A DNA stretch of 64,000 bases from Haliotis rubra (taxonomy: Eukaryota): the NCBI RefSeq assembly GCF_003918875.1, contig NW_025767503.1:1-64000 (forward strand), written 5' to 3'. A model generated the notes under the pieces. That model had not been told where the DNA came from. It ran no database searches and saw only the letters and a program-made list of their open reading frames with translations. This document shows, one piece after another, positions 1-12,740 of this stretch (position 1 is the stretch's first letter; every line of letters starts with the position of its first letter). The translations under genes and the position numbers were made by a program.

Positions 1-2153
1 TACAGCCCCATCCTATGTGCATATAATATATTCTAAAAAAGATCTTTAAATCGTGACATTTAATTTTCTTGTACAGTGTATTTGAGGCTTTATAAGGTTT
101 AGATCATTGTACAGGAAATAGGTGAGAGGCTAATAGGTAACTCTGCGTCCACATGAATACTATCGAGAAGCTTAATGGGGTGCTTTTTGAGGGTTATAGA
201 ACCCGCTGAGGGGTCCGGGCTGTAAGGATGATATCGCAACGTTTGTCCCTGTTTCTGACGCCCCAGCGTATTGTCACTCCCCGGGTAAAAGTTGCCATTC
301 TGTACCATCAAAACCACCCCGAGGAAGACTTCTATGGCGAGTGTGGAGCCTTTTTCACAGTCATAACATCCAATTGGGAATTGGGGACGCCAAACCTTAA
401 CTCGCCCTTCAAGAATACTGAAACTTCTAACATGTTACTCTCGTGATCCCGCGGTTAGCTGAGTACTTTATCCTATACTTAGGAACGAAAAACCCCAAGC
501 AAGATAAATCGCTTTTGTTCCTAATTTCGAGACCTCCCTCTCCTTATTTAACGAGATATAAGGTGCGGTGAGGGTTATGTTGATCAACCATTTGGGTTCT
601 ATAAAGTCGGAGCGGCAGATCGCCGCACCGCCAGTACACCCCGCTATGTAAGCTCAGGACGTACGAGCCGCCCGCCAGGCTGATCTTAAATCCTCCGCGG
701 TTCCTAGACCCCCAAGCGTGATTTTGGGTAGATGATCGGCTATTGCCGCCAGCCTATACACGCTAGTTCTTCAAGCGTAGGGCATACAAGGCGTCTTCCT
801 CGGGCTGATCGAATCCCCTCCATGTCTGATAGATCGCTATGTGGCGCTAGTGATTGACTGGTCATTGTTATATTACTATTACGCAGATAATTTCCAACCG
901 TTTTTCTGATAATTTCTCAGGGGTGTACTTCACCCCATGAAGAGTATGCAAGTTGTCGGGTAGGAAGATCTTGGTGAGTGATATCGTCTTCCACGGTCAC
1001 GATGACCCCTGCAGACTGGGTGTGGGGAGTCGGCTCCACCAAGCATCGCGACGAAACAGTGCAAACCTGATACTGGTGCTGTTTCACCCAATCTCGAAGC
1101 TTGATCCCTTCAATGATTTCGGGACTTCATCCCGCCGATTGTTCCCCTAGGTAGACTTTGATGACCAGAGTGGAGTTCACGGGTAGACTCTCCAGGATGC
1201 TCGGACCACGCCAACGGAATTCAGACACCAACTGCAATGTCACGCTTTGCACTCCAGGTTTACTCGGGATAGTCGACGCACGCAGTTTTGAGACAATACT
1301 ACCTACTAACCGTAAACAGTTACAACCACTCTCCTAAGCCCACACTCTAGGCCAGTACTACACACCATCCCCGAGGCAAAAAGGACCGAACTGGTCTTTA
1401 TCACGCCTGGGTCTAGCAGCGACTGGGCTTGGCTGCAAAACAATTAGACTAAGCACTCATATAAGTATACCTAAAGATGAGACCTCCCCCTGGCCTGAGA
1501 CCCGCGGTAGGAAATGTAGGACGGAGGGGTATTGGCTGTTTTCATAGAAAATGTTTTGTGAACTACACGCAGTTCAGTGTGTGTGGTATTGGAGGAAATG
1601 CCACTACCGCTTATGTAAAGACCACGGGCAAATGTAGTCAGGCACCAGCTTACTACGAGAAGAAAAGAGACTACATAAACGAATGTAGACGCCTCCTTAG
1701 CATGGAGGTGTAGTGACCCAATTAGAGACTGTGTACACTTGTAGGTATAATGATGTTCGGGTGGGAAGTTGAACCTAGGGAAAGTCGCTGCCTGAGAAGC
1801 TGGCAGATGGATATAGGTAGAAGTATAGATATCAGTGTCCTCAGACCTATTATTGTTGGTAAAAACTCTATAAGGTACTGGAGGAGGAGGGCTTTGCAGT
1901 TTCAATCATGGTGAAAGCAGGTACTTGTAATTACTTTGATGGTGGAAAGGAGATGTGTATCAACTCGGGGATATAAAGGAGTTTGTTGACACCTGGTTGG
2001 AAATAATACAAAACACCCTCGCATGTTCCGGGAGGGTATAATCGATGAGGTCTATCTAGATATTTACTAAAGGCGCCTTTTATTTTTGAGGGTTGAAGGA
2101 GTTACCTCCTTGCCGGTGGCCCAATTAGAGATTGTAAATGCATTTGTATAACA

Positions 2154-5100
2154 ATGTCTACTACTCGGGAACTCAAGCAGATTGCGAGGCAGCGAGATGT
2201 AATTGGTTGCTATCGAATAAGAGCAAAACCAGCGTTGTTGAGATTACTTTACATACAACCCCCTCCCCATGGTAAACCAACTAGAACCCGAGTAAAAGAG
2301 CTAGGGTTGACGGGTTATTCCTGCCTGGAGTAGAGCCGGGTTAGTCGCATTATTATTACATGACCCCGTGAGCAAAGCCCCACACTGTGAAACAACTCAA
2401 ACCGAGGCCCGTGGAGTTGGGGTTAGTAGGTTATTCCCCGTGATGAGGGAAACCACAGCTTGTAGAACTATTACGGCAGAATAGAGCTATTTACCTAGAG
2501 TTCATGTACACTGAGCACGCTGCACGTAACTATTTGAGAGGCTGGCACATGCATGTTGATAGGAACTTAGACATCGCCGATATCGCTTCTAATCGTTGAT
2601 AAAGTCAATGAGGAACTAAACGATTTGGGAAGTGTAAAGTTTCAAATCACAGTGAAATGTCGCTCCAAAACAGCAGAATGGGGATGGGTCACTGAGTACG
2701 TTCAGCCTTACTTCCGAGGTAAACAAGAAGTCGCGGACTCATACCGGTGACTATAGGACGCAGTCAATCGATATCAGTTTTCAGCAGATAATGGAGAATA
2801 CCTAGAACGCACACACATGGGGTCCGGGTGGGTCGTGGATAAAATTGATAATGTCTATCTAGACATAGCTAACTACGTACATTCAGAGGGGGTCGTACCT
2901 AGACTTGCCCCCTACTACAAAGCAAAACAGGCCATAGTCAACATCAAGAATAGAGGAGACGATTGCCTGAGGTTAGCTATCAGGTCAGCCTTGTTTCCGC
3001 CTGACGTCTGACACTAATTCGAACAGGCCTTCTAGTTATCTCCCAAGACGATGGGCTCAACTGGGATGATATAACCGAACCCACGCCCATATCTCAGATC
3101 ATTAAAATAGAAAAACAGAATGATATAGCCATAAACGTCTTAGGGCACAAAGGCAACAAAACGATCGTGCACAGGATCAGCCCAATGTTGGGGAGGGGGT
3201 CGCCGTGTTATCAATATATTCATGATCCAGTGAGGTGATAAGTATCACTACACGTGGATAAAACACCTCAGCAGGCTGTTGCACGACCAGTCGAAACACG
3301 ATGGGAAAACACTTTTGCATACGATGCCTTCACGGTTTCAGCCGACCCGACCTGCTGGAATCCCACCTGGAGGATTGCCAAGGTGTGGGGCAGACGGCCA
3401 TACGAGACAACATGCCTAAGGAAGGTGACAATATCCTAAAATTCGACAACCACAAGAACCAAATGTCTGTGCCTTTATGTCATCTACGACTTCAAGCCTT
3501 GGTCAAACTCCGCTTGAGGCTGCAGCCGCATCACACACAAAACACAGGAGCACTCGAGACCTGTGGGTTTGGATACGTGGTCGTCCGATGTGATGGGGAA
3601 ACGAAAGCTCCGCAGATTGTACAGGGTCCCCGATGCCGCTGAAAAGTTTCTAAAGTGTTTGCAGGAGGAAGAGAAAATTTAAGGGATGCACTGCATACAG
3701 TCGAAGCCCCTATGCTGCATGACTCAAACTGACCGGGCTAGCTCACGGCTGCAGCACTCACTGCCATGTGTGTGATAGCCAATGAACGGTGATTCGGGTG
3801 AGAGACCACTGCCACGTCACTGGTAAGTATAGAGGCGCCCCTCACAACGCATGCAACCTCGCTTAGAATCACCCCCAAGACAATAAACATCCCCCCGGGT
3901 CACAACTTGAGAGGGTACCGACTTTCACTTGATCATGCAGGCCATCGCGAAAGTCGACGGCAACCTGACGCGCATCCCCAACAACATGGAGAGATACATC
4001 TCCCTTCAGCTTGAATGGTCTGAGGTTCATCGACTTGGTTCAGTTCCTCCTGTCGTCACTCGACAGTCTGGTCAAGGCCAACAATACCTTCCCTATCACC
4101 GATCGATATACCAATGCCGCGACTCGACCCCTGCTGATGAGGAAGGGGTGTACCCCTACGAGTACATGGATGGTTGGGCCAAGTTCACCGAGACCCGACT
4201 GCCTCCCCATCAACCGATTTAACAGCAACCTGAACGACTCGACAATCACCCACGCCGATTAACGTATGGAATAAACTGAGCTGTAAGAATCTGGGTGACT
4301 ACCACGACCTGTACTTGAGGACAGATGTACTCCTGCTAGCCGACGGTCCGAGACGTTTAGGAGGACGTGTTTTTAAGCAGTATCAACTCGACCCCACATG
4401 GTACTACACCAGCCCAGGTCTGTCGTGGGATGCATTGTTGAAAAAGATCGGAGTTAAGTTGGAATTGCTCACCGATTACGACATGCACCTATTCATTGAG
4501 AAAGGCTTGCGAGGTGGGATTTCCAAGGTCTCTAAACGATAATGAAAGCAAATAATCAATATGTGAAGGGCTACGACCCGAGCAAGCCAACCAATCATAT
4601 TCTCTACCTCACGCCAACAACCTGTACGGCTGGGCCATGAGCCAGTATCTACCCACAGGGGATTCAAATGGGCATCACCCGAGATCGATGTTATGAGCAA
4701 CGCTACCGGATTCGAACAAAGGCTATATCCTCGAGGTGGACTTGGAATACCCCAAGGCATTACATTAATATCACACAACAGTTACCCCCTGGCCCCGAAC
4801 GTATGAGGGTTAACCCAGACTGGATGTCTGAGTACCAACATAACTTGTTAGGTGGGCGGTGGCAGACGTTGAAAAATTAGTGCCCAACTTAATGAATAAA
4901 ACCAAGTACATCGTTCACTATCGCAACCTACAGCTGTACCTGTCGTTGGGTATGAGGCTGACGAAAATACACAGGGTGCTCATGTTCGACCAGAGCCCCT
5001 GGATGGAGCCTTTACATCAGAATGAACACGGACTCCGCGCAAAAGCTGGCCACCAGTGACTTTGAGAAAACCTCTCTACAAGCTCCGGGCGAACAACTCG

Positions 5101-5875
5101 GTGTTCGGTAAGACTATGGAGAACCTGAGGAAACACGGACCGTGGATCCTGGTTTGGTCGAAGAGGAAGACAAGCTCAGGAGACTGATAGCCAGCCAGGC
5201 ATTCAACCGGAGCAAGATATTCACCGACGACCTGGTTGCCCTACACATAGCAAAGAAAAGCCACATCAAATTCTAACCGGCCTGTTTACGTGGGGATGAG
5301 CATCCTCGATTTATCCAAACACCTGATGTACGACTTTTACTACAACGAGCTCAAGAAACAGTACGGTGACAGGGGCTAAGTCCTGTATACATTGACACGG
5401 ATTCCTGCTGATGGAGATTCGAAACCGAGGACGTGTCTACGAGGACATGAAGAAACATCTCGATTTGTAATGACACCAGCGACTACCCCAAGGGCCATGC
5501 CATACACAGCACGGTAAATAAAAAGGTCCTCGGTAAGATGAAGGACCAGTGTGCTGGCACACTCCATAGCTGAGTACATAGGCTTGAGGCCCAATATGTA
5601 CTCCATCCTGAAGGCCGACAATGGTGAGTTCCGGAAGGCGAAAGGGTGTTAAGAAGTACATGGTGAAACAACACATCAAACACGCTTAGATTCAAAGGAA
5701 GCCCTGTTCAAGACCCGTACCTTCAGACATAAAATGAACACGCTTAGAAGTGATGGGCACAGGATATACAGACTGATGATAAACAAGACGTCCCTGTCGC
5801 TGATGGACACTAAGCATTGGATAGCCATCGACGGGATCAACACGCACGCTGCGACGGGCATGGAGAAAAATTGAA
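2154..5875 (+). pseudogene. Protein-primed family B DNA polymerase (Polinton type), many frameshifts and stops
   Basis: Ordered motifs across frames: GSGWVVDKID, AIVNIKN..DDCL, HFCIRCLHGF, RDHCHVTGKYRG..H..CNL, HNLRGY, RFID..QFL.SSLDSLV, GVYPYEYMD, YLRTDVLLLAD, DPTWYYTSPGLSWDALLK, RGG, ANNLYGWAMSQYLP, NNSVFGKTMEN, PVYVGMSILDLSK, IDTDS, GKMKD, KAKG. The start coordinate is approximate. Confidence 0.92.
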
Positions 5876-5923
5876 CCAAGAACATAGGTGTATATATAAA
5901 TACAATACTCTGTCGGGCGACAT

Positions 5924-6425
5924 ATGTCACGGAACCAGAGAAAGTTTGAGGCTATTTACTACAGCCCGCATGGGTACTGGAAAGGATCTAGCACCGCATT
6001 ATAAGCTGGCTAAAATGGCTGAAGTACCCTAATCGAGGCCAAAGCGTGGCTTGAAAACAAGCCCTGTGGCAGATCTATTTTAACGGCACCACGCCACGTG
6101 CCTAGAAGGAAGTTCGGTATTAACATACCCAATAGCGTTCACCGCAAGCCGACCTCCTGTTTCTACCCCCACAATAAGAGGTACAAAAGTATGCCTCTAA
6201 CTGTCGTGGATGTAGCCAGTCGCTTCAAGGAAGTTTCAACCCTTGACCGCGGAAAGACTTTCGGCCCAGGTAGCCCAAGTGGATTCGAACACATGTACAA
6301 ACGCAGTCCGCTGACGTGGCCCACAGAGCTGCAAGTTGACCCCAGGCGGGAGTTCATGGGTGCCATGTCACAACTGCTAGACAAACAGGATACCAAGCTC
6401 AGGCGTGGCATGGCCGGGCCGGATC
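5924..6425 (+). pseudogene. Polinton retroviral-like (rve) integrase, 5' part; frameshifted, C-terminal part deleted
   Basis: MSRNQRKFEAIYYSPHGYWKG ... ADLLFLPHNKRYK ... LTVVDVASRFKE ... WPTELQVDPRREFMG. It lies directly downstream of PolB. Confidence 0.85.
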
Positions 6426-6521
6426 ATACCGTGACGTACAATGTTACCTCCTGTCAACACTTCATAGTGACACTATTGTGTCATCGCGTGGGGCCGGGAA
6501 GTTAACTGGGGGCTCAAAAGT

Positions 6522-6639
6522 AGTAGTAGATATACTGGGGCGAGATCTAAGGGCCTGACACAAAGCTTTATTTGTGATATAAAGCTTTGCAGAGGCTTTT
6601 TGTTGAACTTGATCTCGGACTGTCATTATATCTACTACT
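6522..6639. repeat. Polinton terminal segment bracketed by a perfect 13-bp inverted repeat
   Basis: AGTAGTAGATATA (6522-6534) and TATATCTACTACT (6627-6639), with two internal AAAGCTTT palindromes. The structure is mirrored at ~12741-12853. Confidence 0.75.
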
Positions 6640-6699
6640 GATCTTTAAGACAAAACCTTATAGATCAAAACAACACCCACTCACTTGGTATAAACATCA

Positions 6700-8114
6700 T
6701 TGACAACGCACAAACAACACACTGACCACACCCACACCACACTGGTCACACACACACTACACTGACTACACACACAAAAACACTACATCCCACACTGGTC
6801 ACACCACACTGGGCACAATACATTATAATTGACTACACACACACAAACAACACCCCACACTGGTCACAACACACTACACTGACTACACACACACCACACA
6901 CTGACCACACCCCACACTGGTCACACACATACTACACTCACTACAAACACACCACACCAAACTGATCACACACACCACACTCTACTTACCAGCACACACA
7001 CCACACTGACCACACACACACACCAAACTGATCACAACACACACACCCCAAACTGACCAAACACACACCACACTGGCCACATACACACACACTCACCACA
7101 CACTGATCACACACACACCACACTGACGACGCCACTCACACCACACTGACCACACACTGACCACACTCTCACACCATACTGATCACACGCACACCACACT
7201 GACCACAACAAGAAAAGAAAGGAGACGATTGTGACGAAGCACATCGGAGAGTAACCAATATCATCATTATTCTCATTTACAAAGAAAATTCACTTTTTTC
7301 ATTATGCATTCTGCCTATTGACCATACTCAGTGAAATTAGCAATCAGATACACACCACACTGACCACACACCCCCTACACTGGTCACACCTCACACACCC
7401 CACACTGACCATACGCCCCCACACTGGTCACACCTCACACACCCCACACTGACCATACACACACAAACACTGACCACACACACCCAACACTGACCACACA
7501 CACACACAGACTGGTTACACTCCACATTGACCACACACACTCCCACACTGACCAACACACACCCCCACACTTACCACACATACCACACACTGACAACACA
7601 CATACACACCACACTGGTCACACCAAACACACACACTGGTCACACATACGCACACCACACTGGTCAAACCAAACACACTCCACACTGACCACTAATACAC
7701 ACACCACTGACCACATAACACACACCACACTGACCACTTTACAAACACCACATTGACGGCATACAAACCCCACACTGACCACACACAAACCCCACACTGA
7801 TCACATCACGCACCACACATTGACCACATACTCATCCCCCTCACTGACCACGCACACCCCACACTGAATACATACACCAAACACACTGGCCACATAACAA
7901 CACACCCTGCACTGCCCACGTCCAGACACCACGCACTGTCCTCACACACTCCAACTGAATACACACACAAAACACATCTAACACTGACCACACACACACC
8001 AGTCTGTATACACACATACATCACACACACCACACTGAAAACACAACACACAACACTGAATAGACACACCACACACACTGGCCACACACCGCAACACAAA
8101 CCAAACACTGAATG

Positions 8115-8170
<56 letters not shown>

Positions 8171-8302
8171 CACACACTCACACACGCCACATATGTTACA
8201 TTGACTGCACACACTGCGAGCGCACGCACACACTCACACCACTGAATACTACATATCACATACCACTGAATACACAAAACGCACACACACACACACACAC
8301 AC
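6700..8302. repeat. Degenerate CA-rich satellite (acaccacactgacc(ac)n units) with a unique island at ~7205-7350 and a pure (CA)n tract
   Basis: Directly visible. The Cys/Val-rich ORFs here are by-products of the repeat. Confidence 0.95.
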
Positions 8303-9322
8303 CTAACTGGGTGTTTTTCAAATTCATCTACAATTTAGGTAGTTAATATGTGAAAGTGTGAAATACCTGTTAAACTAAGTTCAGCCTAACTACATTCTCA
8401 GTGGTAGGGAGATAGGAAACATAAAAAGGGACTTTTACTGAGGAGAGTTTAGTGCAGAAATGAGCAATGCGGGTTTTTCTAAGTCAAAAGCGACTTATTT
8501 AGAACAGACCATGGCTTTATGCAAATTAGTGTGCGATGATATTGTATTACTAAAGGACACTTTTAAAATGCCCTTTCGAAATTAGACTTAGTTTCATGAG
8601 AAACGATAGCTGACGTAAAGAATAATAACTTTATGCTGAAACTATTAAGGATGTAGCTACCACTGAGTCCCAGTGACAGTGTGGGAGGGTCGTCTAAAAA
8701 GCAAAACCAGGACGGTGTCGCAGACTGTGGTTGGTGTCGGGCTGGGGATAGAGATATCAGCTAAGGTAAGATAATGAATCCTTTAGGGGGATTAAACTGG
8801 GGAAGTGAACGGCATGTCATAACAATTCACAAATAATATCCAGTCCTGTCGATCTTCGGGTGGTCATGTCACCTACATAGTTTGAGACATTTAATACGAT
8901 GCCTGATTTAAGCTTTTCTATGGGTATCATACTCTTTACAAATCTCAACATAAACCTTATGAAAGAAAGACACGTCAGATGTTCATCAATGGAGACATAT
9001 TCAATACACATGAAAAAACATAAAATATCTTTCAGATGACCCTTGTGCCTGTGGGCAGCATCGTGCATTTCATGCCAGGTGAGTCAACGGTCCGTCGTCA
9101 TACCTGGCTGAGCGACCTAATTGCCATCTACAGTCTGATCTATTGTTTTCCGCATGATCCCCGAAGATGTGAGGGCGCACTTGCATGTACATTCAAATGA
9201 TAACATTACATTAATAGTACATTCATTATTACCCGCCGATATAGACAGATCGTAAGTGTATTCAACACCCAGGGATGTTGTTAAACAATCTACATTAAAC
9301 AACCAAGAAAAATGGCACTTAC

Positions 9323-9534
9323 CTTAGTTCTGTGAACAATTAAAATATACAGTATATAGAATAGGTCTGTAGAATATACCCAGGACCTGATCCAAACAAC
9401 TGTTAAACACTGAAGACATTCGCCGTATTTATACCTCGGCATAATCAATAACCTTGAGTCAATGTGCCACACATTATGTTTTTAGCTTCCACCCAATGGC
9501 AGTCATGAAAATACTGAAGGTTTCTGGAATACCC
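9323..9534 (-). promoter_or_regulatory. Orphan duplicate of the PFP gene-3 promoter and non-coding exon 1; coding exon absent
   Basis: Reverse-complement match to 40550-40770. It retains TATAAATA (9426-9433), the AP-1 site (9455-9461), a kB-like GGGTATTCCA (9525-9534) and the GTAAGT donor (9322-9317). Confidence 0.7.
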
Positions 9535-11408
9535 AGAAATGACGCATACTTATCATCAAAGAATATTCAACGAACCAATGAAATGTGGTGGGCGTGGCCT
9601 CTTTCACAAGAGGGAGCGGGTATTTTGTTGGATAACTTGTCCCCAATTTTTTAAGTTGGATTACTTGTCCCCAATCCCTTCACATTTGTGAATAAAATAT
9701 GTTTAAATCAATCACAACGGGTGGTGTAATGGCAGGTTTTCCCACAATCACCGTTACAATGAGGCGGCTCTATTTATAACCAGTCAATGCGGGTTATGTA
9801 TGTCATTATACCTGTATGGTGTAGATCAGCTGTTGTAGCCATCCCAACTGCGTTTTATCGGCACTGATTGCTGTTTAATGCCGCCCCATCGATATTCATT
9901 ATATTTGACGGCGGTCAGCCAATGATCGAGTCTGGAACAGTTAATTGAGTAATTGACATTACAAACAAAATCGAAACAGGTACATGTTGATTGTGATTTG
10001 AAAGTGCCTCAATTAATCATTTATAATACATATGTTAATTACAGTATCATGTAACATAACACAACTCAATAATGCGGACATATGAACGCGTTAAGACGGA
10101 CACTTGTTAATCCGGGGCATAGGTTAATAGAATACCGACCAGTAAAACGAGGTTCAGCTTTAGCATGAATTGGTTTCCTGCTCCCCGTGGGAATAGACGG
10201 ACGACTATACGATACGTGGACACGCAGTCAACAATGGCAGTCTTCAGCAGATGACGGAGAACCACGCCGGCATATCCCATGGATTTGGGGTTTCTGGCAA
10301 ACATATATTCAAAAGAAGGTCACAGGTCTATGGTTATTTTATTAACTCTGTTAATTAGAACTAAAGTACTGTCGGAAATAGAAAAAACTGTTTTTAGACT
10401 GTTACACTGTATCCCTAAAGTTTAGACAGCTGCGAATAGCGTAATATGTCGAAAGAACCCTCATCGGCCTAACTGGGCGTTTAGTAGGATGAGTAATAGG
10501 GTATCCAGAAAAGCATGTTTACTCGTAAAATCCGGCAAACAATTACCAGTAGCTGCGGAAAACAATAGATCAGACTGTAGATGGCAATTAGGTTGCTCAG
10601 CCAGGTATGACGACGGACCGTTAAGTCACCTGGCATGAAATGCATATGCTGACCACAGGCACAAGGGGTCATCTCAAAGATATTTTATGTTTTTTTCATG
10701 TGTATTGAATATGTCTCCATTGATGAACATCTGACGTGTCTTTCTTTCATAAGGTTTATGTTGAGATATGTAAAAGAGTATGATACCCATAGAAAAGCTT
10801 AAATCAGGCATCGTATTAAATGTCTAAAACTATGTAGGTGACATGACCACCCGAAGATCGACAGGACTGGATATTATTTGTGAATTGTTATGACATGCCG
10901 TTCACTTCCCCAGTTTAATCCCCCTAAAGGATTATCTTACCTTAACTGATATCTCTATCCCCAGCCCGACACCAACCACAGTCTGCGACACCCGTCCTGG
11001 TTTTGCTTTTTTAGACGACCCCTCCCACCTGTCACTGAGACTCAGTGGTAGCTACATCCATAATAGTTTCAGCATAAAAGTTATTATTCTTTACGTCAGC
11101 TATCGTTTCTCATGAAACTAAGTCTAATTTCGAAAAGGGCATTTTAAAAGTGTCCTTTGTAATACAATATCATCGCACACTAATTTGCATAAAGCCATGG
11201 TCTGTTCTAAATAAGTCGCTTTTGACTTAGAAAAACCCGCATTGCTCATTTTCTGCACTAAACTCTCCTCAGTAAAGTCCTTTTTATGTTTCCTATCTCC
11301 CTACCACTGGAGTATGTAGTTAGGCCGAACTAAGTTTAACAGGTATTTCACACTTTCACATATTAACTACCTAAATTGTAGATATGAATTTGAAAAACAC
11401 CCAGTTAG

Positions 11409-12675
11409 GTGTGCATGTGTGTGTGTGCGTTTGTGTGTATTCAGTGGTATGTGTGTGTGTGTATTCAGTGGTGTGAGTGTGTGCGTGCGCTCGCAGTGTG
11501 CGGTCAATGTGTAACATATGTGGCGTGCGTGTGTGTGTATGCATTCAGTGTTTGGTTTGTGTGCGGTGTGGCCAGTGTGTGTGGTGTGTCTATTCAGTGT
11601 TGTGTGTGTGTTTTCAGTGTGGTGTGTGTGATGTATGTGTGTATACAGACTGGTGTGTGTGTTTTCAGTTGTGTGTGTGGTGTATGTGTGTATTCAGAGT
11701 GATGTGAGTGTGTATTTAGTGGTGTGTGCATTCAGTGGTGTGTGAGTGGTGCATGTGTGTATTCAGAGTGGTGTGTGTATTGTGGTCAGTGTTAGATGTG
11801 TTTTGTGTGTGTATTCAGTTGAGTGTGTGAGGACAGTGCGTGGTGTCTGGACGTGGGCAGTGCAAGGGTGTGTTATTGTGGCCAGTGTGTTTGGTGTATG
11901 TATTCAGTGTGGGGGTGTGCGTGGTCAGTGAGGGATGAGTATGTGGTCAATGTGTGGTGCGTGTGATCAGTGTGGGGTTTTGTGTGGTCAGTGTGGGGTT
12001 TGTATGCCGTCAATGTGGTGTTTTGTGTGTGGTCAGTGTGGGTGTGTGTTGGTGTGTGACCAGTGTGGTGTGTGTGGTCAGTGTGGTGTGTGTATGTGTG
12101 ACCAGTGTGTGTTTGGTGTGACCAGTGTGGTGTGTATGTGTGTTGTCAGTTTGGGTATGTATTGTGGTCAGTGTGGTATGTGTGTGTGGTAAGTGTGTGG
12201 CCAGTGTGGGGTGTGTGAGATGTGACCGAGTCTGGGGGTGTGTGGTCAGTGTGGTGTGTATCTAATTGCTAATTTCACTGAGTATGGTCAATAGGCAGAA
12301 TGCATAATGAAAAAGTGAATTTTCTTTGTAAATGAGAATAATGATGATATTGGTTACTCTCCGATGTGCTTCGTCACAATCGTCTCCTTTCTTTTCTTGT
12401 TGTGGTCAGTGTGGTGTGCGTGTGATCAGTGTGGGGTCAGTGTGGTGTGTGTTTGGTCAGTGTGGTGAGTGTGTGTGTGTTGCCAGTGTGGTGTGTGTTT
12501 GGTCAGTTTGGGGTGTGTGAGTGTTGTGGTCAGTGGTGTGTGTGTGTGGTCAGTGTGGTGTGTGTGGTAAGTATGGTGTGTGTGATCAGTTTGGTGTGTG
12601 GCGTGACCAGTGTGTGTGTGGAGTGTGTGTGACCAGTGTGGTGTGAGTGTGGTCAGTGTTGTGTTTTGTGTTTGT
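11409..12675. repeat. Degenerate TG-rich satellite (inverted copy of 6700-8302)
   Basis: Same units and same unique island (12260-12400) in reverse complement. Confidence 0.95.
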
Positions 12676-12740
12676 CAATGATGTTTAAACCAAAGTGAGT
12701 GGGTGTTGTTTTGATCTATAAGGTTTTGTCTTTAAGATCC

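Larger units (their letters stand above)
1..6639 (+). mobile_element. Polinton/Maverick (adintovirus-like) remnant, copy A; left end outside window or lost
   Basis: Contains degraded protein-primed PolB followed by an rve integrase. It ends in ...TATATCTACTACT (6639), the reverse complement of the AGTAGT-type Polinton terminus. The following sequence (gatctttaagacaaaaccttatagatc) matches the element-free paralogous site at ~36639. Segment ~265-640 recurs in copy B, so it is element-internal. Confidence 0.8.
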
